This document shows, one piece after another, positions 27,831 to 37,061 of a DNA stretch of 64,000 bases. The notes under the pieces were generated by a model. It worked only from the letters and a program-made list of their open reading frames with translations. It did no database searches and had not been told where the DNA came from. This DNA is from Chitinophaga pinensis (GTDB taxonomy: Bacteria; Bacteroidota; Bacteroidia; UBA4408). Within the stretch, counting starts at the first letter, position 1, and each line of letters opens with the position of its first letter. The stretch is from the NCBI GenBank assembly GCA_945861665.1, contig CAMAVS010000003.1, forward strand, positions 273,362 through 337,361, given 5' to 3'. The translations under genes and the position numbers were made by a program.

Positions 27831-29656
27831 AGCAAAAAGGTTTAGTTAAAATTATTCTTATTTGTTGTGTAGTTATTTTCAACTATAGCTATACTTTTTC
27901 GCAAAATGAAGACGAGCAACTTGCCAAGCAATATTTTGAAAAAGGAGAGTTTGACAAAGCTTCCGATTCATACCAAAAATTGTTTAATAGCAATCCTAAC
28001 TCCGAATATTATGATGGGTACATAAGATGTTTGCTTGAGTTAAAAGATTTTAAAACAGCCGAAAAATTTATAAAAAAGCATATAAATAGAAATTCCGATA
28101 ACTTAACGCTCATTGTCGATTTAGGTACAGTATTTAAAAAGCAAGGTGACGAAGTGAAATCTCAAAAGGAGTATGAAAAAGCAATCGATAAGCTATCGCA
28201 AAATCAAGTTCAAATATTGGATTTGGCAGCTTGTTTTATATCAAAAAAGGAGATTGATTATGCAATAAAGACCTATTTAAGAGGTAGGAAAATAATGAGA
28301 GCTTATTATACTTTTAATTATGAGTTGGCTGAAGCATATAATAGCAAAGGCGATACAGAGTCAATGATTAATGAATACCTCGACTTGTTAGAGCAAAGTG
28401 AATTGTATTTGCAAAATGTACAAAATACTTTGCAAACAGATATAAACGAAGACAATGGCGGCAAGAAAACGGAAATTTTAAAAGCACAATTACTTAAACG
28501 TATACAGATTAATTCCGAGAGAACAGCATATTCCGATATGTTGATTTGGCTTTTTACACAACAAAAAGATTTTGAATCGGCATTTGTACAAACAAAAGCA
28601 CTCGACAAAAGATTAAAGCTGGATGGTTCTAAATTAATGGCTTTGTCTAATATTTGTATAGCGAATCTTCAGTATGATGTAGCAATAAAGTGTTATGAAT
28701 ATGTAATCAGTAAAGGAAAGGAAAACTATTATTATACCGATGCAAGAATGGAAATGGTAAATGTGCTTTTTACCAAAATTACAACAATGTCTAACTACAG
28801 CAAAGCCGATATTGTTTTGCTTGAAAATACATACATATCTACAATCAATGAGCTGGGGAAATCCTCTGCAACATATAATGTTATAAGAGGATTGGCCCAC
28901 TTAAAAGCTTTTTACTTAAACAAATCAGCGGAAGCAATCTACTTATTGGAGGAAGCGATCAATATGTGTAAAAATCAAAAAGGCGCTGCCGAATGTAAGC
29001 TCGAGCTGGGAGATGTGTTGGTTTTTACAGGTGAGATGTGGGAATCATCTTTGCTGTTTTCGCAAGTAGAAAAAATGTTTAAGCAGGAACCAATTGGACA
29101 AGAGGCTAAATTCCGAAATGCACGCTTGTCATTTTATAGAGGCGATTTTTATTGGGCTCAAGCACAATTAAATGTACTCAAAGCATCAACATCAAAGCTT
29201 ATATCGAACGATGCTATAGATTTAGCATTGTTAATTGCGGATAATACTACCATTGATACTAACCTTATTCCAATGCAATTGTATGCGCGTGCCGATTTAT
29301 TCTCCTACAGAAACTTAGACAGCCTTTCCTTGCTTATACTTGATTCTATTAGTAAGGAGTTCCCAGTACATTCGTTATCAGACGATATACTTTTTAAAAA
29401 GTATAAAATAGCAATGAAAAAATTTCAATTTGAAAATGCTGCAAAAATTTTGCAAGATATATTAGACAGTTATTCTACAGATTTACTTGCAGACGATGCC
29501 TTGTTTAAGCTTGCTGAAGTCAATGAATTGTATTTAAAAAATAAGGATAAAGCAAAACAATTGTACGAAGATATGCTTATCAAATATCCGGGAAGTTTGT
29601 ACACTGTTGAGGCCCGAAAACGATTTAGAAGACTAAGGGGAGATATTATTAATTAA
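27827..29656 (+). CDS. TPR-repeat protein.
   Basis: 609 aa with multiple 34-aa TPR-like repeats and a signal peptide. Translationally coupled to the upstream lipoprotein. Confidence 0.55.
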   Translation: MKQKGLVKIILICCVVIFNYSYTFSQNEDEQLAKQYFEKGEFDKASDSYQKLFNSNPNSEYYDGYIRCLLELKDFKTAEKFIKKHINRNSDNLTLIVDLGTVFKKQGDEVKSQKEYEKAIDKLSQNQVQILDLAACFISKKEIDYAIKTYLRGRKIMRAYYTFNYELAEAYNSKGDTESMINEYLDLLEQSELYLQNVQNTLQTDINEDNGGKKTEILKAQLLKRIQINSERTAYSDMLIWLFTQQKDFESAFVQTKALDKRLKLDGSKLMALSNICIANLQYDVAIKCYEYVISKGKENYYYTDARMEMVNVLFTKITTMSNYSKADIVLLENTYISTINELGKSSATYNVIRGLAHLKAFYLNKSAEAIYLLEEAINMCKNQKGAAECKLELGDVLVFTGEMWESSLLFSQVEKMFKQEPIGQEAKFRNARLSFYRGDFYWAQAQLNVLKASTSKLISNDAIDLALLIADNTTIDTNLIPMQLYARADLFSYRNLDSLSLLILDSISKEFPVHSLSDDILFKKYKIAMKKFQFENAAKILQDILDSYSTDLLADDALFKLAEVNELYLKNKDKAKQLYEDMLIKYPGSLYTVEARKRFRRLRGDIIN

Positions 29657-29666
29657 ATTAATTTTT

Positions 29667-29966
29667 ATGATACTATATAACGTTACAATAAATATAGAGA
29701 ACGATGTGCACGATGAATGGCTGAAATGGATGCGCGAATCACATATCCCGGATGTGCTTAAAACTGGATATTTTTTGGAGCATAAAATATGCAAAGTGTT
29801 AAACGTGGAGGACGAGGGAACAACCTATTCTATACAATATACCTGTAACTCAATGGAAGATTATGAAGGATATAAAACGTATGAAGCGTCTCGTTTGCAG
29901 AAAGAAGTAATGGATAAGTTTAACGCGAAATTTGTTGCTTTCCGCTCCTTGTTGGAGGTAATTTAA
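29667..29966 (+). CDS. Small conserved protein (DUF4286-like).
   Basis: 99 aa, MILYNVTINIENDVHDEWLKWMRESHIP... Confidence 0.5.
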   Translation: MILYNVTINIENDVHDEWLKWMRESHIPDVLKTGYFLEHKICKVLNVEDEGTTYSIQYTCNSMEDYEGYKTYEASRLQKEVMDKFNAKFVAFRSLLEVI

Positions 29967-30109
29967 ACTAAATTCACCTAAGCTATTGCTCTCAATTTTT
30001 CGCTTTTTTACATTCATGTTGAATTTTTATATAGCAATCAATGGCTGTTATCAAAAATAAATTATATCCTGCCTAAAGTATATTTTATTTGTAAATTAGT
30101 GGCGTTTAT

Positions 30110-30883
30110 ATGAAAAATCATATCCCTAATTTTATTACATCTCTTAATTTAGTTTGCGGTTGTATGGCAATTGTTGCAGTCTTTCACAATCGATTGGATG
30201 AAAGTGCTATACTTATAGCTATAGCTGCTGTATTGGATTTTTTTGATGGTTTTGCCGCGCGTATGTTGAGTGTGCATTCTGAAATCGGTAAGCAGCTCGA
30301 TTCACTTGCCGATATGGTATCCTTTGGTGTTGCCCCGGGAATGATTTTATATACTATGTTAGAGCCGGGCTACCATTTTGTAGTGGATGGACATACACTG
30401 AATTTTGAACGATATGAATACATAAAATACTTAGCGCTGTTGATACCTGTTTTTTCTGCAGTACGTTTGGCTAAATTTAACATCGATACGCGACAGTCCG
30501 ATTCATTTATTGGTGTGCCAACTCCCGCTAACTGTATGTTAATTTCTTCCATTCCTGTTATTTTAATTCATCAAAATGGTTATACCATAAATCCAGATGG
30601 ATCCTTTTCCTTGTACAATTTTATTGAAATAATAGGTAATCAATGGTTTTTAGTAACGCTAATCCTTATTATGTCTTATTTAATGGTGGCTGAATTACCC
30701 TTGTTTGCGTTGAAGTTTAAAAGCTTCGATTGGCAAAACAACAAGTTGCGTTATTTGTTTTTGGCTATGTCAGCTACATTGATTGTTACAACTCAATTTA
30801 TTTCCATTCCCATTATTATCGTTTTATACATCCTACTATCTCTTGTTATAAGCATTTTTAAAATAGATAGTTCTTCAAAATAA
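30110..30883 (+). CDS. pssA: CDP-diacylglycerol--serine O-phosphatidyltransferase (CDP-alcohol phosphatidyltransferase family).
   Basis: Motif D.FDG.AAR......GKQLDSLADMVSFGVAP; 257 aa, polytopic. Confidence 0.8.
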   Translation: MKNHIPNFITSLNLVCGCMAIVAVFHNRLDESAILIAIAAVLDFFDGFAARMLSVHSEIGKQLDSLADMVSFGVAPGMILYTMLEPGYHFVVDGHTLNFERYEYIKYLALLIPVFSAVRLAKFNIDTRQSDSFIGVPTPANCMLISSIPVILIHQNGYTINPDGSFSLYNFIEIIGNQWFLVTLILIMSYLMVAELPLFALKFKSFDWQNNKLRYLFLAMSATLIVTTQFISIPIIIVLYILLSLVISIFKIDSSSK

Positions 30884-30945
30884 AATCTTCCCGTTCTTTC
30901 ATCTATAAATTATTTGCTGTAACTTTGAGAGTATATTATAGAATT

Positions 30946-33135
30946 ATGAAAAAGATACTTCTCCTTATTTTATACGTATTCTCTTTCAGTTTTTCTGTTA
31001 ATGCACAATTTTATTTTAAAAAGATAGATACCCTCAACGTTAAAATTGGCAATACCAATTTAGAGAATGCTTGGGCAGGGGGGGCGAATTTTGTTCAAGT
31101 ATCGGACATTGATTTGGACCAGGATAGTATTATGGACCTTTTTGTGTTTGATAGAACCGGAAATAAAATATCAACCTATATTAACAAGGGAACAGCAGAT
31201 TCTATTGATTATAAATACGACTGGACGTATATTAAAAAATTTCCTAAGCTGCACGACTGGGTATTATTGCGCGATTATAATTGTGATGGCAAAATGGATA
31301 TCTATACCTACAACAATGGTGGTGTAGATGTGTATAGGAATATTTCTGATGCGAATGGCCTGAGCTTTGTGCTTGCAGAAAGTTTACTCTTTTCAAACTA
31401 TCATCCCAATATGTTAAATCTATACATTACTCTTGTTGATATTCCAGCTATTTACGATATTGATAAGGATGGTGATATTGACATACTTACCTTCAATATT
31501 TTGGGAGGCTTTTTGGAGTACCACAAAAATATGTCGATGGAAATTTATGGCGTGTGTGATAGTTTAAAAAAAATATATCAGCTTGATAATGGATGCTGGG
31601 GTAATTTTAGTGAAAGCGGTATCAATAGTACTATTAATTTGGGTATTAGTTGTAAGGGGCCTGGTGGAAATATTGATCCGCAACAAGTAAACCATTCAGG
31701 TTCGGCATTGTGTAGTTTTGATGCCGATGGGGATGGCGACTGCGATTTATTGTTACATGACATTTCAAGCAATGGTGGAATTATGTTAACCAATGGTGGC
31801 GACATCAATACAGCGAGTTTGGTTGCACAAGACGGCAATTTCCCTTCCAATTCTGTTAAATTAGATATTGTTGGATTTCCTTCCAGCTATTATGTGGATG
31901 TGAATAACGATGGAAAGCGCGATTTGATAGCAAGTCCTAATGCCCAAAATTTATCCGAAAACTTTAACAGTATTTGGTGGTATAAAAATATGGGCAACGA
32001 CTCAATGCCTGTTTTTGTGCATCAAAAAAATAACTTTTTGCAGGATGAAATGATAGAAGTAGGGCAGGGAGCTTTTCCTGTTTTCTTTGATTATAATAGT
32101 GATGGTTTGTTGGATATTGTAATTGGTAACGCGGGTTACTATAACGCGGGGGCAATGAAATCGACATTAACCTTGATGAAGAATATTGGAACTATTGCAA
32201 AACCCGCATTTGAAATTGTAAGCCTTGACTATGCTAACTTATCGTTAAATAACTTTAAAGATATTTATCCCACTTTTGGCGATTTGGATGGTGATACCGA
32301 TAAAGATATGGTGGTGGGTGACGACCAAGGGCATTTGCATTATTATGAGAATATGGCAGCTATAGGTACTGCTGCCAATTTTGTTTTATCAATGCCACTT
32401 TTGGGTGGAATTGATATTGGCAGTTATGCAATGCCACAATTGATTGACTTGGATAGAGATGGTTTGTTGGACCTTGCCATTGGTGAGCAAAGCGGTAATG
32501 TGAACTATTACCGCAATACAGGCACTGTAAACAATGCTGCATTTACTTTGATGAAAGCAAATTTGGGTGGCGTAAAAACCAATTTACCGAATTACATTGT
32601 AGGCTATAGCGCACCAAAATTTATTGACGTGAATGGTTCCTTCAAATTAATTTGCGGTTCCGAGAACGGAAATATTTATTACTACAATAACATTGATGGT
32701 AACTTAAATGGCAATTTTACTTTGGTTGATTCTGCCTATTACGGTATATGGGAAGGTGTACGCTCTGCATTGGATGTTACCGACTTAAACCAAGATGGAT
32801 ATTACGATATGGTGGTGGGGAATTACTCAGGAGGACTTGGTTTTTACTTAGGAGATATTGGTGGTTCTATAAATGAGAATGTGGTGAATGATGTATTTAA
32901 TTTATACCCAAATCCTGCATACGATAATGTTACCATTGAAGTAGACAAACATTTTGATTTAAGCCACAGCTGTTTATTCATTGTAAATGTGGTAGGTGAA
33001 AAGGTGCTTGAAAAAAGTTTTAGCGAACGTTATACCGCAACTATTAATATTAGCAACCTTGCTAAAGGTGTTTACTTTGTGAATATTAGCAATGATACTT
33101 ATTCTTGTACTAAGAAAATGGTGATTGCAAGGTAG
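30946..33135 (+). CDS. FG-GAP/VCBS-repeat secreted protein with a T9SS type-A C-terminal sorting domain.
   Basis: Repeated D.D.DG..D motifs (FG-GAP-like). C-terminal LYPNPAYDNVTIEV...IVNVVGEKVLEKSF...GVYFVNISNDTYSCTKKMVI. The start is taken at MKKILLLIL (signal peptide). Confidence 0.7.
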   Translation: MKKILLLILYVFSFSFSVNAQFYFKKIDTLNVKIGNTNLENAWAGGANFVQVSDIDLDQDSIMDLFVFDRTGNKISTYINKGTADSIDYKYDWTYIKKFPKLHDWVLLRDYNCDGKMDIYTYNNGGVDVYRNISDANGLSFVLAESLLFSNYHPNMLNLYITLVDIPAIYDIDKDGDIDILTFNILGGFLEYHKNMSMEIYGVCDSLKKIYQLDNGCWGNFSESGINSTINLGISCKGPGGNIDPQQVNHSGSALCSFDADGDGDCDLLLHDISSNGGIMLTNGGDINTASLVAQDGNFPSNSVKLDIVGFPSSYYVDVNNDGKRDLIASPNAQNLSENFNSIWWYKNMGNDSMPVFVHQKNNFLQDEMIEVGQGAFPVFFDYNSDGLLDIVIGNAGYYNAGAMKSTLTLMKNIGTIAKPAFEIVSLDYANLSLNNFKDIYPTFGDLDGDTDKDMVVGDDQGHLHYYENMAAIGTAANFVLSMPLLGGIDIGSYAMPQLIDLDRDGLLDLAIGEQSGNVNYYRNTGTVNNAAFTLMKANLGGVKTNLPNYIVGYSAPKFIDVNGSFKLICGSENGNIYYYNNIDGNLNGNFTLVDSAYYGIWEGVRSALDVTDLNQDGYYDMVVGNYSGGLGFYLGDIGGSINENVVNDVFNLYPNPAYDNVTIEVDKHFDLSHSCLFIVNVVGEKVLEKSFSERYTATINISNLAKGVYFVNISNDTYSCTKKMVIAR

Positions 33136-33314
33136 AGTAATTGCCTGTTGAAAGAATCGAGTACAGTTGAAAGTGGCGATTTAAATAACTGAGTAGGAAG
33201 TGAAAACCAATAAACAATAAAGGGAAGGATAAGAATTATCTACCTAAGTTTTTTTAGAGAAAGGAATGTTTTATAGTTTATTCAAGATTCAAAAATACAG
33301 ACAAAATTGCTTAA

Positions 33315-33827
33315 TTACTTAAACTGATGTATTTTCTCTTGCAATTTACTCTGTTTTATTTCAGGTAGTATTAGCGGAAATATTTTTTTAATCGGTTCGT
33401 ATAAAAGTGATTTTTCGGTAGTTTGAGTAGTAAATAAATCGTTTTTGCTCCCCATACTATTTAATACAAACAAACTAATGCTCATCAAAATGGCCCATTT
33501 TAGTATTCCGAGTAAACCACCTAATAATTTATTAAGCCATCCCAACATAGCAAAAGTCAATGCCTTTTCTATAAATTTCCCCAGCAAATAAACACCTAAA
33601 ACGGTAGCTAAAAATGTAATGCAGAAAGCAACAAGGGGAATGTACTCTTTAGGAGATGAAAGTGTTCCGTTAATATAATCGCCAATAAAATTGCTGAAAC
33701 GTATAGCACAATAAACTCCTAAAAAGAGCGAAAAAATTGAAGCTGCCATCAGTATAGCTCCTTTTACGATTCCTCTGTATAATCCCCAAAGTAAGGGAAT
33801 GGCAATTACAATATCAACATAACTCAT
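33315..33827 (-). CDS. cvpA: CvpA-family membrane protein.
   Basis: MSYVDIVIAIPLLWGLYRGIVKGAI...; 170 aa with 4 transmembrane helices. Confidence 0.75.
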   Translation of the reverse strand: MSYVDIVIAIPLLWGLYRGIVKGAILMAASIFSLFLGVYCAIRFSNFIGDYINGTLSSPKEYIPLVAFCITFLATVLGVYLLGKFIEKALTFAMLGWLNKLLGGLLGILKWAILMSISLFVLNSMGSKNDLFTTQTTEKSLLYEPIKKIFPLILPEIKQSKLQEKIHQFK

Positions 33828-33857
33828 CCTGCAAGGATAAGCAAAAAAGTAGAAATA

Positions 33858-36281
33858 CTATTGCATCAATTTGCTAACAATCTCTTTTTCCCAATTTTTC
33901 CAGGTTTTTCCATTTATGTTATCGGCAATCATTCTTTTGTGTTTATTCTGCCCGTAAAAATATTTGATGGTTTCAGTTGCCGGTCCTGCTAAACGACCAT
34001 TACTACTCACACAAGCATTTAAACAATTATTCAACACATTTGTATCAAAGTAATTTGTTTTACGCAAGGCTGTCATAGCATTTGCACGGGTTAAAAATTC
34101 ATACGAAATAGAAGTGTAAGCTACCAATTGGTCGATATACTTTTTATCACTTGTTGTGTTTGCTGCAATCTCTAACCATTTGGTAATTACATTGCGTCCA
34201 TTCGTACCTTCAATGCCTTTGCTTACTTCTAAAAAGTGAGATGTGTGAGCAGGGAAATTAAAACACATTTTTTCCAATGCCATTGTAATTGTTTGGTATG
34301 ATGAGTCGAGCAAAAGTGTTTCGTAATCTTTTTCCAACGAAGGGTGTATAATTTCTGTGTTTGTAAGAATACCTTTTCTAACCTGCACATCGGCATCGTG
34401 AATGGCTTTCTTAACCAATGCAATACTCGCATCGTTTTTGTCGTCCAATAGCTGACTAACTGCCTCAACTTTAATTCCAAAATGAGTATTCTTAGTGTAC
34501 ACTTCTTCCAACACCGATCTTTTTAAATTTTGTGGTAATAATTTCATTGCTACAATGGCATCGTATCGGTCAATCATATTGGGTGCACGTAAGGCCTGAT
34601 CCTTTAGCATTTCAAAACTTTTTTCAAAATTAACCGTCTTCATCAAACGGCTGTTTGGGTCGAATAAAACAAAGTCGATTTTTTTATTGCCTATATTGGG
34701 TACTTTAATTATTTGCGTTTCATTTTCTACCCATTCTGTTTTACTTTCGTGTGTGCCATCAGTATAATACACTTCAAATAAAATAGGCATTTTGAAAAGT
34801 ACCATTACTTCATTCATTGGTTGTGTTTGCGTAACAGTAAATTGGGTGAAACGTTTGTTTCCTTCTTGGGTATTATCCTCTGCACTCACTTTGTAAATAG
34901 GCTCTCCGCCACGATATACCCATTCTTCCCAAAACCAATCCAACTGCATTCCCAACTCTTCGTTAAAAGCAGTAAGTAAATCTTCCGAATCTACATTCGC
35001 ATATTTATGTTCTAACAAATAACGTTTAATGGATTTGTTATAAGCTTCTCTTCCTACCACATACTTTAGCATTTCCAACACTTGTGAACCTTTTTGGTAC
35101 ACGATGGAAGTAGGTGTTTCCGAATGCGCAACCGGTTTTTTATCGGCTGTATTAATGGCTGCATTGCAAGCTTGTCTGCGCCCCCAATCAAAATGATCCA
35201 TTCCAAAACATTCTCTTTCGGCAATAAGATTGTAATGTGTGGCAAAACTTTCTTGCAGCCAGTGACCATTTCCGGCACGTGCACTCACAAGGTCGCCAAA
35301 CCATTGGTGTGCTAGTTCATGTGCATTAACTGCCACATAATTACGGTCGTTAAAACTTCTGCTGTCCACTTCAAAAAAATCGCCAAACAAGGTAGCAGTT
35401 GTATTTTCCATTGCACCAAACATAAAATCTTGTACCGGAATTTGTGAATACGATTCCCAAGCATATGGGACACCAATTTCACTTTCCAAGTAGTCAAATA
35501 TCTTATCGCTGTATTTGTAGGTTAAATCAAAACGGTTTTTCCATTCAGGGTAATACCACATTCTTAAAGGTACACCTGATTTTGACTTACTTTCTTTGAT
35601 CTCATATTTCCCTATACCCAACATCACCAAGTACGAAGCATGTGGATGCGACATTTTATAATGCCAGGTAGTGGTATTGTTCTTATTAACTTTTTCGGCA
35701 AGCTTGGTGCCGTTTGACAGTACTTTGTATTCGCTGTTAAATGTCACTATTACTTCGGTAATTAATTTATCGTTGGATGAGTCGTAACAAGGAAACCAGT
35801 GTCTGTTGTCGATGCCTTGTCCTTGTGTCCAAATTTGTTTGCGGCTTAAATTATTGGGGTCATTCCAGCCTATAAAATAAATTCCCCTGCGCGGATAGGC
35901 TTCGTAAGTAATCGCTAAACTGTCTTTATCTCCCCAAATGAGTGATTTGTCGGCAAAAAATGTGGTTCCTGTTTCGTATGTTTTAAACTTTATGTTTTTA
36001 CCATTCAGCTTCGCCTCTTTTATAACAATGCCAGGTCCATCTAAAAAGATGGTATCTACATTAGCGCGTAAAGGAGTAAAAAAGTGAGTGATTTTCCCCT
36101 TTACAAATCCTTTTTCGGGTTCAAAAGCAATTTCTAAGCGCATACGTTCAAAGTCCACATTGTGTTCGCGTGGCATTGCTCCTTCATCATACAAATAGCT
36201 TTTTGTTTTGTGCTGTGCAAAAACAACAGCGCTTGCAAAAAATGTTACAATAATTAGTAAGAGTGATAGTTGTTTTTTCAT
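33858..36281 (-). CDS. M1-family zinc aminopeptidase (aminopeptidase N-like) with a C-terminal HEAT/ARM-like region.
   Basis: GAMEN motif (FMFGAMENTT) and zincin HEXXH-(18)-E (HELAHQWFGDLV...WLQESFA); signal peptide; 807 aa. Confidence 0.85.
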   Translation of the reverse strand: MKKQLSLLLIIVTFFASAVVFAQHKTKSYLYDEGAMPREHNVDFERMRLEIAFEPEKGFVKGKITHFFTPLRANVDTIFLDGPGIVIKEAKLNGKNIKFKTYETGTTFFADKSLIWGDKDSLAITYEAYPRRGIYFIGWNDPNNLSRKQIWTQGQGIDNRHWFPCYDSSNDKLITEVIVTFNSEYKVLSNGTKLAEKVNKNNTTTWHYKMSHPHASYLVMLGIGKYEIKESKSKSGVPLRMWYYPEWKNRFDLTYKYSDKIFDYLESEIGVPYAWESYSQIPVQDFMFGAMENTTATLFGDFFEVDSRSFNDRNYVAVNAHELAHQWFGDLVSARAGNGHWLQESFATHYNLIAERECFGMDHFDWGRRQACNAAINTADKKPVAHSETPTSIVYQKGSQVLEMLKYVVGREAYNKSIKRYLLEHKYANVDSEDLLTAFNEELGMQLDWFWEEWVYRGGEPIYKVSAEDNTQEGNKRFTQFTVTQTQPMNEVMVLFKMPILFEVYYTDGTHESKTEWVENETQIIKVPNIGNKKIDFVLFDPNSRLMKTVNFEKSFEMLKDQALRAPNMIDRYDAIVAMKLLPQNLKRSVLEEVYTKNTHFGIKVEAVSQLLDDKNDASIALVKKAIHDADVQVRKGILTNTEIIHPSLEKDYETLLLDSSYQTITMALEKMCFNFPAHTSHFLEVSKGIEGTNGRNVITKWLEIAANTTSDKKYIDQLVAYTSISYEFLTRANAMTALRKTNYFDTNVLNNCLNACVSSNGRLAGPATETIKYFYGQNKHKRMIADNINGKTWKNWEKEIVSKLMQ

Positions 36282-37051
36282 TTTTTATATTTTTTTTCAA
36301 TGGACTGTGAAAGTGTTTTGTAAATATGTTGATAATCTTTGTTCTTTTTCAATAAATTGATGTGGGTTTTTAGCGTGATTTTATCGTTTCTTTTTGCAGG
36401 GCCTGTTTGTTGTAATTCGGGATTGCCTTTTATTGCCTTTTTTGTAGTCTCTTCAATAAGTGCTGAAAGTATGCTTATATCCAGTTTTTCTTTTTTAAGA
36501 ATTGTATTTGCAATGCTATACATATAGTTGGAGAAGTTACAAGCAAATACAGCCGCAAGGTGTATCTCCTTTCTTTTCTTAGAATCGGCAAAAATAATAT
36601 GCTTGGAAATATTTTTAGCAAAATGGGTGAGTATTGCAGTATTTTTTTTACTGTTTCCTTCAATTAATAGGGGAGTAGATGTTAAATCAATAGCAATGTC
36701 TTTGCTAAAGGTTTGTAATGGGTATAGTACTCCACAATTTTTAAAGTGCTTTTTTAATACACTCATTTCAGTTGTGCCCGATGTATGCAGCACATGCGCA
36801 CTCTTATGTTTGATTTTTTTGACAACAGTTGCTATGGCATCATCGTTTACGGCAATAATTATAATATCCGTATCTAAAGGAATGTCGTGTATATTAGTAG
36901 AGTGGGGGCAGTTTAATTTTTTAGCAAGTACTGTAGATGATTTACTGGTTTTGCTAATCACCATTCCAATGGAATATCCTGCTTTGCTCATCGTTAAGCC
37001 CAATTGAGTAGCAACATTGCCTGCGCCTACAAGTACTGCTTTTTGGCTCAT
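36278..37051 (-). CDS. Rossmann-fold DUF2520-family predicted NAD(P)-dependent oxidoreductase.
   Basis: N-terminal MSQKAVLVGAGNVATQLG dinucleotide-binding motif. The start is taken at this Met because the longer ORF would overlap ccmF by 35 nt. Confidence 0.55.
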   Translation of the reverse strand: MSQKAVLVGAGNVATQLGLTMSKAGYSIGMVISKTSKSSTVLAKKLNCPHSTNIHDIPLDTDIIIIAVNDDAIATVVKKIKHKSAHVLHTSGTTEMSVLKKHFKNCGVLYPLQTFSKDIAIDLTSTPLLIEGNSKKNTAILTHFAKNISKHIIFADSKKRKEIHLAAVFACNFSNYMYSIANTILKKEKLDISILSALIEETTKKAIKGNPELQQTGPAKRNDKITLKTHINLLKKNKDYQHIYKTLSQSIEKKYKK

Positions 37052-37061
37052 TTCAGAGAAA

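Noticed and set aside
36528-37007. 159-aa plus-strand ORF.
   Set aside because: Antisense to the DUF2520 oxidoreductase gene, with no independent support.
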